NCBI GenBank assembly: GCA_937941245.1
Contig: CALDYC010000023.1
Span: forward strand, 3,643-67,642
Length of the DNA: 64,000 nucleotides
Reading direction: 5' to 3'
DNA from: an uncultured Acidimicrobiales bacterium
Lineage (GTDB): Bacteria > Actinomycetota > Acidimicrobiia > Acidimicrobiales > UBA10347
In this document: positions 17,061 through 27,336 of the stretch, piece after piece
Layout of the letters: each line of letters starts with the position of its first letter
How positions within the stretch are numbered: position 1 is the first letter of the stretch
Notes under the pieces: generated by a model
Databases searched by the model: none
Seen by the model: the letters and a program-made list of their open reading frames with translations, nothing else
Told to the model about the DNA's origin: nothing
Made by a program: the position numbers and the translations under genes

Positions 17061-19376
17061 TCAGTTCGCATCGACGATCGCCTTCCACACCACCTGGGGA
17101 GTACACGGGATGTCGATGTGGTCGATGCCAAGGTGCGACAGCGCATCGATCACCGCGTTGTGCACCGCTGGAGTCGCGCCGATTGGACCCGACTCGCCGA
17201 CGGCCTTGTAGCCACACACATTCACCGACGACGCCACAGTTTGGGGAACCAGGTCGAACTGGCACATCTGGTCGATCGTGGCGATCTGATAGTCAAGGAA
17301 TGTGGCCCGAAGCGGATTGCCGTCGTCGTCGAAGTCGCTGATCTCGCCGAGCACTTGTGCCACACCCAGCGCTATGCCGCCGTGCAGTTGGGCGTCGACG
17401 ACCGCTTCGTCGACCCGTACCCCCGCGTCGTCGGCGGCCACGAACGACCGCAATGTGCATTCGCCGGTGCGGGTGTCAACCTCGACGGCGGCGACATGAC
17501 AACCCGAGGGGAAGACATCGCGCCCGAGCGGGTCGTACGTGTAGTCGCATGACAGTTCGTTCTCAACATCGGCTCGTGTCGCAACTTCGCTGGCGATATC
17601 CACCCAACTCAGCGTGCGGCTAGGTGTTCCAACAACGTGAAACGCGCCGCGCTCGCGATCGAGACATACGTCAGCCGCAGCGGCTTCGAACATGTCTGCC
17701 GCAACTGAGATGGCCCTGCCGACTACTTCACCGGCCGCGACATGCACCGCCATCCCCGCTGTCTGAAGCGAACGAGATCCAATGGCACCAATGCCGTTGT
17801 CGATCAGATCAGTCACGCCTTCGATCACCGTGATGCGAGACGGGTCGATACCAAGTTCGTCGCCCGCAATCGCCGCCCACGTGGTTGCGTGCCCTTGGCC
17901 CTGGTCGGTCGTGCCTGTGATGACCGTGGCAGCTCCGTCTGCTTCGATTCGCACGATTGCCTGTTCAGTACTGCCGCCGTTGGTGCGATGCACATAGTTT
18001 GCAATCCCGATACCGAGCTGGGTTTCATCGCCGCGATCTCGCCGGCTTTGCTGTTCGGTGCGAAGTTCGCCATACGAAGCCCGGTCAATCGCCGCCGACA
18101 TCGCAGCGGGATAGTCGGCTTCGTCGTACACCGAACCGGTTGGCGTGGTGAACGGCATGGACTCGGGCTGAATCATGTTGCGAGCACGCATCTCAACCGG
18201 GTCGAGGCCACAACGGACCGCGAACATGTCGATCGCTCGCTCGAGAGCGGCGATGATCGGCGAACGCCCGGCCCCTCGAAGCGCAGAAACCGGTGGACGG
18301 TTCGTAACCGCGACGGTGGACGAGAACTCGACGTGCGCGATGTCGTACACGCCGTTGGCGACCGAACGACTCCAGGCATGAGGCAGACCGGCACCGCTGC
18401 TCGGATACGCCCCCGCCTCTTTGAGTATCTCTGCTCTGATGGCATGCAACCGGCCAGATTGGTCACCGGCGAGCACGATGCGAACGTCTTCAGCCCGACC
18501 TTGGGGCGCTCCGGTGAGGTTCTCGGTTCGCGATTCGATCCACCGGACCGGTCGGCCGACTCGGCGGGCCAGTTCTGGGATCAGTTGTTCCTCGGGACCG
18601 GGTGCTCCTTTGCCGCCGAAACCACCGCCCACATCGGGGCCAGCAACAACATGGATCTGTGAGAGTTCGAGGTCATAAATCGGAGCGATGCGCTTTCGAA
18701 ACGAGTGTGGAGTCTGCGTGCTCAGCCAGACATGCAGATCGTCGGCACCATCCCAAACCGCGACGGCTCCTCGGCACTCGATGGGTGCGGCGAGTTGGCG
18801 GGGGTTGCGGAACCACTGGTCAACGACGATGTCGGCTTCGAATTGTGCCGGGTCGTGCGCACCGTCGACGTGAGCCATGGCATCGTCGAGCACCACGTTG
18901 GTCGGCGGGTCGTCGACCAACGCGACCGAGCGGCCGTTGCGGCGCGCCAGTGATTCGTCGTCGAACAGCAACGTCTCGCCACTGATCGATGCCGCGACGG
19001 TCGACACGACCGGAAGCGGTTCGTAGTCGATGATGACCTGCTCGCCAGCTTCGACCGCTTGCGTCACCGTCTCGGCAACAATGGCAACAACCGGTTCACC
19101 TACGTAGCGGACCTTTTTCTCCGCCAACAGCGGCTGCGCGAAGCGAGCCGAGACAGCCTCGCTATAAGCCCGGGTCGGCCAGGCCGTGTTGGTGGCCCCG
19201 TCGAGCACCAACAACACACCGGGCATGGTTTGGGCATGCGAGACGTCGACCCCGATCGCCGCATGCGCCATCTGCGATCGAACGAATACCGCATGTGCCG
19301 CGCCATCGACGAGATCGTCGCGGAGGTCGCCAAGGTAGGTCGCATCGCCTTGGAGCAGACGGGAGTGATTCGACAT
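17061..19376 (-). CDS. Xanthine dehydrogenase / aldehyde oxidase family molybdopterin-binding large subunit (CoxL/XdhA-like)
   Basis: It encodes 771 aa with molybdopterin-binding-domain architecture and an N-terminal a/b-hammerhead-like region (YLGDLRDDLVDGAAHAVFVRS). No small (FeS) or medium (FAD) subunit gene is adjacent. Confidence 0.75.
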   Translation of the reverse strand: MSNHSRLLQGDATYLGDLRDDLVDGAAHAVFVRSQMAHAAIGVDVSHAQTMPGVLLVLDGATNTAWPTRAYSEAVSARFAQPLLAEKKVRYVGEPVVAIVAETVTQAVEAGEQVIIDYEPLPVVSTVAASISGETLLFDDESLARRNGRSVALVDDPPTNVVLDDAMAHVDGAHDPAQFEADIVVDQWFRNPRQLAAPIECRGAVAVWDGADDLHVWLSTQTPHSFRKRIAPIYDLELSQIHVVAGPDVGGGFGGKGAPGPEEQLIPELARRVGRPVRWIESRTENLTGAPQGRAEDVRIVLAGDQSGRLHAIRAEILKEAGAYPSSGAGLPHAWSRSVANGVYDIAHVEFSSTVAVTNRPPVSALRGAGRSPIIAALERAIDMFAVRCGLDPVEMRARNMIQPESMPFTTPTGSVYDEADYPAAMSAAIDRASYGELRTEQQSRRDRGDETQLGIGIANYVHRTNGGSTEQAIVRIEADGAATVITGTTDQGQGHATTWAAIAGDELGIDPSRITVIEGVTDLIDNGIGAIGSRSLQTAGMAVHVAAGEVVGRAISVAADMFEAAAADVCLDRERGAFHVVGTPSRTLSWVDIASEVATRADVENELSCDYTYDPLGRDVFPSGCHVAAVEVDTRTGECTLRSFVAADDAGVRVDEAVVDAQLHGGIALGVAQVLGEISDFDDDGNPLRATFLDYQIATIDQMCQFDLVPQTVASSVNVCGYKAVGESGPIGATPAVHNAVIDALSHLGIDHIDIPCTPQVVWKAIVDAN

Positions 19377-19556
19377 CTGGACACGCTACGCGTCGGCGCT
19401 CAACCGTCCGGCCGATATTTATCGACGCCCCGCAGATCTCCCCTGCCGCCGATCCACGTAAAAAGTTCTCTGCATCTGTCCACCTACCGATGAGTCGTTC
19501 GTCGAAGATGTGCGACGATGACACAACGTCACCGCGATGACCCCGAAGGAACCACC

Positions 19557-19907
19557 ATGAAGTACGCACTATTGCTCTACTCCGACGAAGCAACCGAACC
19601 TGACATGACCGGACCGAACGCCGCCGATGAGCTCGCTCCGTGGATGGCATTCGGCGAAGCGCTGATGCAGGCCGGGGCCATGCTCGGTGGCGACGCGCTC
19701 CAACCGGTTGCGACAGCCACCTCAGTGCAGGTTCGCGACGGCAAAACCATCACCTCCGATGGTCCGTTCGCCGAAACGAAAGAAGCCCTCGGCGGTTTCT
19801 ACCTCATCGAGGCAGCCGACCTGGACGAAGCAACCGCATGGGCGGCGAAAGTCCCGAGCGCGGTGCGAGGCACCGTCGAGATCCGCCCCATCATGAGCTT
19901 TGACTGA
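19557..19907 (+). CDS. YciI-like (YCII/DGPF domain) protein
   Basis: MKYALLLYSDE ... DGPFAETKEALGGFYLIEA. This domain is typically paired with an ECF sigma factor gene. Confidence 0.7.
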   Translation: MKYALLLYSDEATEPDMTGPNAADELAPWMAFGEALMQAGAMLGGDALQPVATATSVQVRDGKTITSDGPFAETKEALGGFYLIEAADLDEATAWAAKVPSAVRGTVEIRPIMSFD

Positions 19908-19953
19908 CGTCGGCCACCACCGGCTACCAGTCTGACGACTCGACACCCGCCAC

Positions 19954-21189
19954 ATGACTGCAGCCGTTGTGTCAGCGATCGACGTCGCCTTTCGTTCCGA
20001 CTGGGCGACGTTGGTTGCGACACTTCGGCGCGACCTTCGCGATCTCGATCTCGCCGAAGAGGCCGCGCAGGAAGCGTTCGCCGCAGCAACGCAAACCTGG
20101 CGACGCGACGGCGTCCCCCGCAAACCTGCCGCGTGGCTGCTGACGACCGCTCGCCGCAAAGCACTCGACAAGATCCGACGCGACAGTCGATTCGCGGACC
20201 GGGTGCCGGCCCTGATCCAGATGGTCGAGACCACCGTCGAGTTGAACGTCGATACCCGCGCAATCGCCGATGATCGTCTCGCGATGATCTTTGGCTGCTG
20301 TCATCCATCGCTCGCTCCCGAAGCTCAGGTTGCGCTCACGCTTCGGTACGTGGCGGGCCTGACGACCGCGCAGATTGCTCGAGCCTTTCTCGTTCCCGAA
20401 GCCACGATGGCCAAGCGGCTGGTGCGAGCGAAACACAAGATCAGGGGTGCCGGGGTTCCGTTTGCAATCCCTGAAGTCGATGATCTCGCTGAGCGGGTCG
20501 ACGCAGTATGTGCTGTCGCATTCGCGATTTACACCGAAGGTCATACCGCAACCGACGCACGCCGCCTCGTGCGGGGAACGCTCTGTGACGAAGCGATCTT
20601 CATTGCCGAAACGCTCGTATCGCTTCTGCCCGACGATCCCGAGGTTGCGGGTCTCGCTGCATTGTTGCTGTTGACCGATTCGCGTCGGGCGGCGCGAATC
20701 GACGATCAGGGTCAGCTCATGTTGTTGGCAGATCAGGATCGGTCACTATGGAGTCGACCAAAGATCCTCGCCGGCGCCGGTCACCTCAATCGCCATTCAC
20801 TGCATGCGCCATGGACTCGGTTCCGGCTGATGGCAGCGATCGCCGCCGTGCACGCGGTCGCGCCGAATTGGCAGGCAACCGAGTGGGCAACGATCGTGAA
20901 CTTCTACGACGCGCTAGCGAGCCACAGCGATGACCCGGTCATACGGCTCAATCGAGCGGCAGCTATCGCGGAACGAGACGGCCCACAGGCGGGTCTTGCG
21001 GCGCTCGATGCGATCAGCGATGACGCACTCGACAGCTACCACTATCTGCACGTGACCCGAGCCGTGCTGTTGCAACGAACCGGCCAGACTGCGGGCGCCA
21101 TCGAGGCCTTTCGTCGTGCTTCGCAGGTCTGCACGAACGAGACCGAGTCTGCGTGGATCCACGCCCAGCTCGATGATTTGGTGAGTTGA
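19954..21189 (+). CDS. ECF-type RNA polymerase sigma factor with an extended C-terminal domain of about 230 aa
   Basis: The N-terminal sigma-2/sigma-4 regions (LLTTARRKALDKIRRDSR; TAQIARAFLVPEATMAKRLVRAKHKIR) are followed by a long C-terminal extension. Confidence 0.75.
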   Translation: MTAAVVSAIDVAFRSDWATLVATLRRDLRDLDLAEEAAQEAFAAATQTWRRDGVPRKPAAWLLTTARRKALDKIRRDSRFADRVPALIQMVETTVELNVDTRAIADDRLAMIFGCCHPSLAPEAQVALTLRYVAGLTTAQIARAFLVPEATMAKRLVRAKHKIRGAGVPFAIPEVDDLAERVDAVCAVAFAIYTEGHTATDARRLVRGTLCDEAIFIAETLVSLLPDDPEVAGLAALLLLTDSRRAARIDDQGQLMLLADQDRSLWSRPKILAGAGHLNRHSLHAPWTRFRLMAAIAAVHAVAPNWQATEWATIVNFYDALASHSDDPVIRLNRAAAIAERDGPQAGLAALDAISDDALDSYHYLHVTRAVLLQRTGQTAGAIEAFRRASQVCTNETESAWIHAQLDDLVS

Positions 21190-21191
21190 GT

Positions 21192-22334
21192 TCAGCGGGT
21201 CCGCGTGGCCTCAAGGGCCTGGCTCAAGTCAGCCCATAGGTCATCGACGTCCTCGCAGCCGACAGAGAAACGGATCAACGTTGGCGGAATGGTCTCTTGG
21301 CCAGCGACCGCAGCCCGTCGTTCCATCGTCGATTCGACCCCGCCCAGACTGGTCGCATGGTTGATGATCTGAGCTTGCTCGCAGACTGCGGTAGCGCGGC
21401 CTGCGCTTCCGGTCACCTCGAACGACATCATTGCTCCCCAGCCGACCATGAACTTCGCCGCGTTCGCGTGCGTGTCATGGCTCGGCAATCCGGGGAACCG
21501 CACACGGGCGACATCGCTGCATTCGTCGAGGCGGTGGGCAAGTTCGGTCGCGTTCGCCTGGGCCTTGTCCATGCGTAGCGCCAAGGTTCGGGCACCTCGG
21601 GTTGCAAGAAACGCTTCGAGCGCGCCGATCGTCCCGCCGTGCAGCAGGCGGCGTTCGGTGAACTCATCGAACAGTGCGTCGTCACGCACGATCAACAGGC
21701 CAGCGAGCAGATCGCTGTGCCCGCCAATGAACTTGGTTGCCGAGTGCATAACGATGTCGGCACCCAGATCCAGAGGACGCTGCACCATCGGGGTCGCAAA
21801 CGTGCTGTCGACGGCGATGAGTGTTCCGGTCCGACGATTTGCGCCGCAGATCGCCGGCAGGTCGGCCACCGTCATCAACGGATTCTCGGGCGTTTCGAGC
21901 CACAACAAGTCGGCTGTTTGAGCAGCCGAGATCCACGCTGCGGTGTTGTCGAGTTCGATGCGTTGAATGTTCCACCGGCCTTGAGCTTCGGCTTCGAGCG
22001 CCAGGCCCTTTACTCCGTGGTAGGGATCGACGGGCAATGCCAGCGTGGCCCCAGCAGGAAGCCGGTTGAGTACTGCCGCGGCGGCAGCCATACCCGACGA
22101 GAAAGCGAGCGCCCGACCAGCTTCGAGCCGACCCATCAGCAGCTCCAGCGCTTCGCTGGTTTCGGTACCTTTCGCGCGGCTGTAGTCGCGGTCGGCTGGT
22201 AGGTAGAAGTTCGAGGCCAGCTGCGGTGCGACATTCAACGGCTCACCCGGCTGACGATTGCGGGCTCCACTAATCAGCCACGTCTCAGGCTGCATCACAG
22301 CGGCGTCGGTGGAAACGGTCGGCAGCGTGGTCAT
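21192..22334 (-). CDS. Cys/Met-metabolism PLP-dependent enzyme (cystathionine gamma-synthase/lyase family)
   Basis: HSATKFIGGHSD is the PLP-lysine motif of trans-sulfuration enzymes. Confidence 0.8.
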   Translation of the reverse strand: MTTLPTVSTDAAVMQPETWLISGARNRQPGEPLNVAPQLASNFYLPADRDYSRAKGTETSEALELLMGRLEAGRALAFSSGMAAAAAVLNRLPAGATLALPVDPYHGVKGLALEAEAQGRWNIQRIELDNTAAWISAAQTADLLWLETPENPLMTVADLPAICGANRRTGTLIAVDSTFATPMVQRPLDLGADIVMHSATKFIGGHSDLLAGLLIVRDDALFDEFTERRLLHGGTIGALEAFLATRGARTLALRMDKAQANATELAHRLDECSDVARVRFPGLPSHDTHANAAKFMVGWGAMMSFEVTGSAGRATAVCEQAQIINHATSLGGVESTMERRAAVAGQETIPPTLIRFSVGCEDVDDLWADLSQALEATRTR

Positions 22335-22355
22335 CGCTGCCGACCGTACCGGTGA

Positions 22356-25025
22356 TCAGGCGTGGCCGACAGCCGACGTTGACGCCCCTTTGGGGCGGGC
22401 CCGCCGAACAAGCGAGCGGCCGAGATCACGAAGCCATTCAATGAACAGGTAGTAGTACGGGAAGCTGAGCACGACCAGCAATGTGCTGCTCAGCAGGCCA
22501 AAGATGATGGTGAAAGCAAGCGACTCCCAGAACGGGTCGGTCAATGCGAGCGGAAGCAGACCAGCCACCGTGGTGAGCGTTGTGGCAATGAGCGGCCTGA
22601 AACGTCGACGAATTGCGGTTTCGATTGCCGTCACCCGGTCGGCTCCCGCTCGGCGCTCTTGGTTCGCGAAATCGGTCAACAAAATCGTGTTGTTGACGGC
22701 AATGCCGATCAATCCAATCAAACCGAGCATGACAAAGAAGCTGATCGGATGGCCGGTAAGCCACAGACCACCGAACACGCCGAAGAAGCTGAACGGAATA
22801 GCCAAGAATACGAGCAACGGTTGCAACAGCGACCGGAACTGGATCATGAGCAGTAGGAACATCAAGATCAGTGCCACGCCGAATGCGGCGACAGTCGAAC
22901 CGAACGATTCTTCGTTCTCGGTTTCCTGGCCGAAGTCGAATCCGAGCGTGTCGGCGGGCAACCCACGTGCCGCGAGGGTGTCGGCGCCGAATTGGTCCTT
23001 GATCCGGTCCTCGGTCACGCTGAGCAACGTTGTCGTGTCGTCGTCGTCGAACTGAGCCAGAACTTCGACGTATCGGCGTCCGTCTACGCGAGCGACGATG
23101 TCGGCCAGGTCGAGCTGGGTCTCGACAACAGTGAACGTTGTTCCATCGCTTCGCTCGAACGTCGCCGACTCGAGATCAGCCTGGATGTCTTGGGCGAGCG
23201 CCAGCACGCTGGCGGTGTCAGCGTCAGAGCCAAAGATTTGCAGGCTGAACGGGAATTCTGATTCGGGTGGACCGTTTGACAGCACTCCAACCGTCACCCG
23301 AGCACCGTCGACATCTTCGACGACCGCTTCGATCTGTTCGACGATCTCGTGCGATGTTGGTTCGCGAGAGCCGAGGTCCACCAGCGTCAGCTGACCGCCA
23401 GCTGATCGGGAGTTTCCGAAGTAGACATAGTTGCGGTCAATGAACTCACCGGCTTCGGCTTCGATGATCTCGTTGACCTCGTTGACCTTGACGGTTGCCT
23501 GTTCGATGGTTGTGCCGGGATCGAACTCAAATTCGATCGAGATCTCGTTGCTGTCGGACTGGGCGGGGAAAATGTTGAAGCCGACCTGTCCGGCGATCTG
23601 CAGGCCGGCAAAGGTCAGAAGCAGACTCAACGCCACGCCTGCTGCGGCGAACAGTCGCCCAAGACCCTTGCGCCGGTTCAGCATGGCTGGCAAAGCTGCA
23701 ACGCCGCGGGCAACGCGTGCCTCGATGGCCGACAGAAGGCCGGGGCGAGGGTCGCTGCCGAGCAGCAGCACCCTGGTTGCGGTCGGGATGAACAGCAGCG
23801 ACAAGATGAGCGACAGGATCAGTCCGAGGATGACGGTGATGGGCAGCTGACGGATGAAGTCACCGAGGACGCCTGATACGAAGAGCATTGGAGCAAACAC
23901 CAACACGGTTGTAAGCGTGCCGGACACACTTGCTGCACCGACCCGGCCGATGGCCCGCCGGATCACCTCGATCGGAGTCCTGCCCTCTTCTCTAAACGCA
24001 TCGATTGCTTCGACGATGACGATTGCGTCGTCAACGAACAGGCCGAGGGTGAGGATCAATCCGAACAGTGAGATCGTGTTCAGCGAGATACCGGCGACCC
24101 AGAGGACGATCATTGCGACAGCCATGACGGTCACGATGAACAGTGCGGTGATGAGCGAGGCTCGCCAGCTGATCAACAACAAGCTGACGACAGCAACAGC
24201 GACAATGCCGGTGAACACGTTGCGCAGTAGCGACGAGATCTGACCTCGGATTTGGGTCGCCTGTTCAAACGACACCTCAGCGGTAAACCCTTCGGGCATG
24301 TCAATGCCTTCGAGAGCACGGGTTGCGGCAGCATCGATCCCGATCGCGTCGACACCTTCGGCGGCTGCAACACCAATCGACACGGCCGGCAAGAGCGGGC
24401 CGCTATCGAGTGATAGTTCGTTGAAGTTCTGCTGAATGGTGATCTCCGAGCCGGTGTTCGGATCGGTCCCACTGACGAGCAGATCGAGAACGACCGCTCG
24501 TTCGATGTCGCGATCGGCCGCCAGAGCTTCGACGACGGGCGCTGCGGCGGCCTCGAGTTCGGCCGGTGTTGCTCCGAGCGGACCTTGGACTGCGGCAAGC
24601 AGCGCGTACTCGTTGAACAGCAGCGCAGCATCGACTTCGAGGACGTCGAATGCGACCGCATCGGGAAGCCCGATATCGGCGAACGCGTCGACGAGCAGCC
24701 GCGCCCCGTAGGCCGACGTCAACGAACTGTCGAGCTCGGCAACGAACGTGAATCCGTTGTCAGATGCCCAGGTGCTGATGCTTTCGACCTCTGGGAGCCC
24801 CTCAACAGCGGCGATCATCGGCTGGATCACGTCCGCGTCGACGGCCTCTCGGTCGTCGACGAGGTAGTCGCCTTGAGCGAGAGCGATTGGTACGTCAACG
24901 CTTGGGAAACCGTTGCGCGGCAACACAGCGACGAACATGACCGCTCCGACGATCAACAACACCGCCCACAGCCCGAGGGTTTGGCGTGGCCGCTTGGCAA
25001 AGAAACTCACGAATGAGGTCAACAT
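22356..25025 (-). CDS. RND-superfamily efflux permease (AcrB/HAE-like). No membrane-fusion-protein gene is adjacent.
   Basis: MLTSFVSFFAKRPRQTLGLWAVLLIVGAV resembles the AcrB N-terminus. The protein is about 890 aa with the 12-TM, two-large-loop architecture. I placed the start at the internal Met to avoid overlapping the P450 gene; the upstream part of ORF 22356..25295 overlaps that gene. Confidence 0.7.
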   Translation of the reverse strand: MLTSFVSFFAKRPRQTLGLWAVLLIVGAVMFVAVLPRNGFPSVDVPIALAQGDYLVDDREAVDADVIQPMIAAVEGLPEVESISTWASDNGFTFVAELDSSLTSAYGARLLVDAFADIGLPDAVAFDVLEVDAALLFNEYALLAAVQGPLGATPAELEAAAAPVVEALAADRDIERAVVLDLLVSGTDPNTGSEITIQQNFNELSLDSGPLLPAVSIGVAAAEGVDAIGIDAAATRALEGIDMPEGFTAEVSFEQATQIRGQISSLLRNVFTGIVAVAVVSLLLISWRASLITALFIVTVMAVAMIVLWVAGISLNTISLFGLILTLGLFVDDAIVIVEAIDAFREEGRTPIEVIRRAIGRVGAASVSGTLTTVLVFAPMLFVSGVLGDFIRQLPITVILGLILSLILSLLFIPTATRVLLLGSDPRPGLLSAIEARVARGVAALPAMLNRRKGLGRLFAAAGVALSLLLTFAGLQIAGQVGFNIFPAQSDSNEISIEFEFDPGTTIEQATVKVNEVNEIIEAEAGEFIDRNYVYFGNSRSAGGQLTLVDLGSREPTSHEIVEQIEAVVEDVDGARVTVGVLSNGPPESEFPFSLQIFGSDADTASVLALAQDIQADLESATFERSDGTTFTVVETQLDLADIVARVDGRRYVEVLAQFDDDDTTTLLSVTEDRIKDQFGADTLAARGLPADTLGFDFGQETENEESFGSTVAAFGVALILMFLLLMIQFRSLLQPLLVFLAIPFSFFGVFGGLWLTGHPISFFVMLGLIGLIGIAVNNTILLTDFANQERRAGADRVTAIETAIRRRFRPLIATTLTTVAGLLPLALTDPFWESLAFTIIFGLLSSTLLVVLSFPYYYLFIEWLRDLGRSLVRRARPKGASTSAVGHA

Positions 25026-25101
25026 AGAGGCGCCTCCAAGACGCGTTGAGACTGGACCGAGGTGCCGGTTAGGACCAGCGAAATTCCGAGTGGCAGGCGG
25101 C

Positions 25102-26334
25102 TCAGTGAAGTTTGAGCGGCAGCGTTTCGAGACCGCGCAGATTGATACGACCATTCCATTGAGGTTCGGCGGCGACTGTCGCATTCGGAAACCGCCCAAT
25201 GAACGTTGCAAGCGCGACCTGCGCTTCGAGCTTGGCGAGCGATGCGCCCAAGCAATAGTGCGCACCAGATCCGAACGAGACATGCTGGCCGGCATCGGCT
25301 CGGGTCAGGTCGAGTTGGTCTGCGTTTTCGCCGAACTTGTGTGGGTCACGATTGGCCGACGAGAGCACGGCGAGCACAAACGAACGTTCGGGAATCATCG
25401 TTTCGCCAAATTCGATGTCCTTGGTCGCGACCCGCCGCGACATCTGCACCGGGCTGACGTAGCGAAGCAGTTCATCGACGGCATTTGCCCCCACTGACGA
25501 ATCAGTACGCCACAGTTCGTGTTGTTCGGGGTTGCGAAGCAGTTCATACAGCCCCGTGCCGATCAAGTTGACCGTCGTTTCGTGTCCGGCGATGAACAAC
25601 AGCGAGACCTGAGCAGACAGTTCTTTGGTGCTCAATCGATCGCCGTCTTCTTCGGCCTCGATCAGTCGCGTCAGCAGGTCATCAGCGGGGTTGGATCGTT
25701 TCCAGGTAATGACATCGGCGATGTGCTTGTCCATTTTGATGCTCGCCGTCATCGCATCGGCGATTTCGTCGTCGGTCAGGATCGGGTCAAGGGTCTTGAC
25801 GATTGCTCCGCTCCATGCCTTGATCTTCTCTTTGTCGGCGTCTGGCATGCCAAGCATGAGATTGATGACGTCGAACGGAAGCGTGAATGCCAGGCGATCA
25901 ACGACATCAGCGGTCCCGTCGGCTTCCATCTCGTCGAGCGAGACGTCGACCAACTGTTGCACCTGCGGGCGAAGCGCTTCGATCGACCGAGGCGTGAAAG
26001 CTTTGGTCACCAGCCGTCGCAGACGGGTGTGGTCTGGCGGATCAGTGCTGAGCATGGACTTGTCCGGCTCGAACTCAACGCCCTCAGCGGCGGCTGCGGC
26101 CATGAACTGTTCGGCGCGTTCAGAACCAATGGTGTCAGAATTCTCGTCCTCGACACTGAGCGATGGGTCACGCAGCAGTTTGAAGCAGTCGTCGTAGCTG
26201 AACAGACCCCAGCGATCAAAGATCCGATGGACCGGCTCAGCTGTCCGGATCTCAGCCTGATGGCTATACGGATCGTCGAGGTAACCCGGTTGCAGCGGAT
26301 TGAAGAACACCGGTTGAGGATCGCTGGTCGTCAT
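25102..26334 (-). CDS. Cytochrome P450
   Basis: FGSGAHYCLGASLA is the heme-binding Cys loop. The protein also carries an ETLR-type motif and is 410 aa. Confidence 0.9.
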   Translation of the reverse strand: MTTSDPQPVFFNPLQPGYLDDPYSHQAEIRTAEPVHRIFDRWGLFSYDDCFKLLRDPSLSVEDENSDTIGSERAEQFMAAAAAEGVEFEPDKSMLSTDPPDHTRLRRLVTKAFTPRSIEALRPQVQQLVDVSLDEMEADGTADVVDRLAFTLPFDVINLMLGMPDADKEKIKAWSGAIVKTLDPILTDDEIADAMTASIKMDKHIADVITWKRSNPADDLLTRLIEAEEDGDRLSTKELSAQVSLLFIAGHETTVNLIGTGLYELLRNPEQHELWRTDSSVGANAVDELLRYVSPVQMSRRVATKDIEFGETMIPERSFVLAVLSSANRDPHKFGENADQLDLTRADAGQHVSFGSGAHYCLGASLAKLEAQVALATFIGRFPNATVAAEPQWNGRINLRGLETLPLKLH

Positions 26335-26570
26335 GTGCCAACTCTAGGGACTTGGTGCGATCACAAGCTGTGCAGAACGTCACTCACGTGTTGCCAGATC
26401 CTCGATCAGGCGGGAAAACTCGATCAGGCTGGAAAAGGAGTCACGGTTGATCGGCGCGACGCCAAGCTTGGCTTTCCAGCCTGCGGACCGCTGACACTCA
26501 TGACGTCAAACGACGAGGCTCTCAACGAGCGCGCCCGCCGATTTCGCAATGATCATGACTGCGGCCAGAC

Positions 26571-27320
26571 TTGAGCCATCGACCGGCAGGCCACACGTTG
26601 AACGAACTCCTCATCACCCCCACCGAGTCGCCGCTTGGTGCAACCGTTCATGGGTTCGGTGAAGCGGTCGCCGGAGCAGCCAGTCTGGTGGGCGTCGCCG
26701 AACGAGTTCTGGCTGCGGTCGAGCGCTACTCATTGCTGATCGTGCCGGCGTTCGGCAGCGGCGACTCGCTCCTCGATGCCGTTACCCACATGCTCGGCTC
26801 CACCGGGCCAACCCGCCCTCATTCGACGATCACCGCGATCGGTTGCGCGACCCAGAACTGGCACGTTGACGAGTCATTCATGGCGACGATTCCCCGACTG
26901 ACCGTGATGGCCGCAATCGACGCACCCAATGCGGGTGGACAGACCGCGTTCGCTGACATGGCAACGGCGTGGAATCTGCTTCCTCCCGAGGAACAGGCGC
27001 TACTTGCGAACGCAGTCGCGGTTCATCAACACGGCGATCACAGACCGGTCGAACACCGAATGATGCAGGTCGGAACTGACGGCACTCGCTCGCTGCTGGT
27101 TGGTGCCCACGCAGACCACATCGTCGACTGGCCGGTTGACGAGGGCCGACAGAAGCTCGCCGAACTGGCAGCGACCCTGACCGTGCACGACATCGTCCAT
27201 GAGCATCGCTGGCTGCAAGGCGATCTGGTCATATGGAACAACCGAACGGTCATGCACCGACACTTGCCGTGGGACCACGCGAATCAGACCCGAACGATGC
27301 GCCGAACGCTCATCAGATAA
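26571..27320 (+). CDS. TauD/TfdA-family Fe(II)/2-oxoglutarate-dependent dioxygenase
   Basis: WHVDESF (HxD) ... TAFADM ... a distal His; the family architecture is TauD-like. The start is uncertain. Confidence 0.65.
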   Translation: MSHRPAGHTLNELLITPTESPLGATVHGFGEAVAGAASLVGVAERVLAAVERYSLLIVPAFGSGDSLLDAVTHMLGSTGPTRPHSTITAIGCATQNWHVDESFMATIPRLTVMAAIDAPNAGGQTAFADMATAWNLLPPEEQALLANAVAVHQHGDHRPVEHRMMQVGTDGTRSLLVGAHADHIVDWPVDEGRQKLAELAATLTVHDIVHEHRWLQGDLVIWNNRTVMHRHLPWDHANQTRTMRRTLIR

Positions 27321-27336
27321 CTCGCTGACCGGCAGG

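Noticed and set aside
22356-25295. Full 979-aa extent of the RND permease ORF
   Set aside because: The first 90 codons overlap the P450 gene stop region and look non-protein-like (MPASMSRSDLVRTIAWAHRS...). The AcrB-like N-terminus begins at MLTSFVSFFAKRP.
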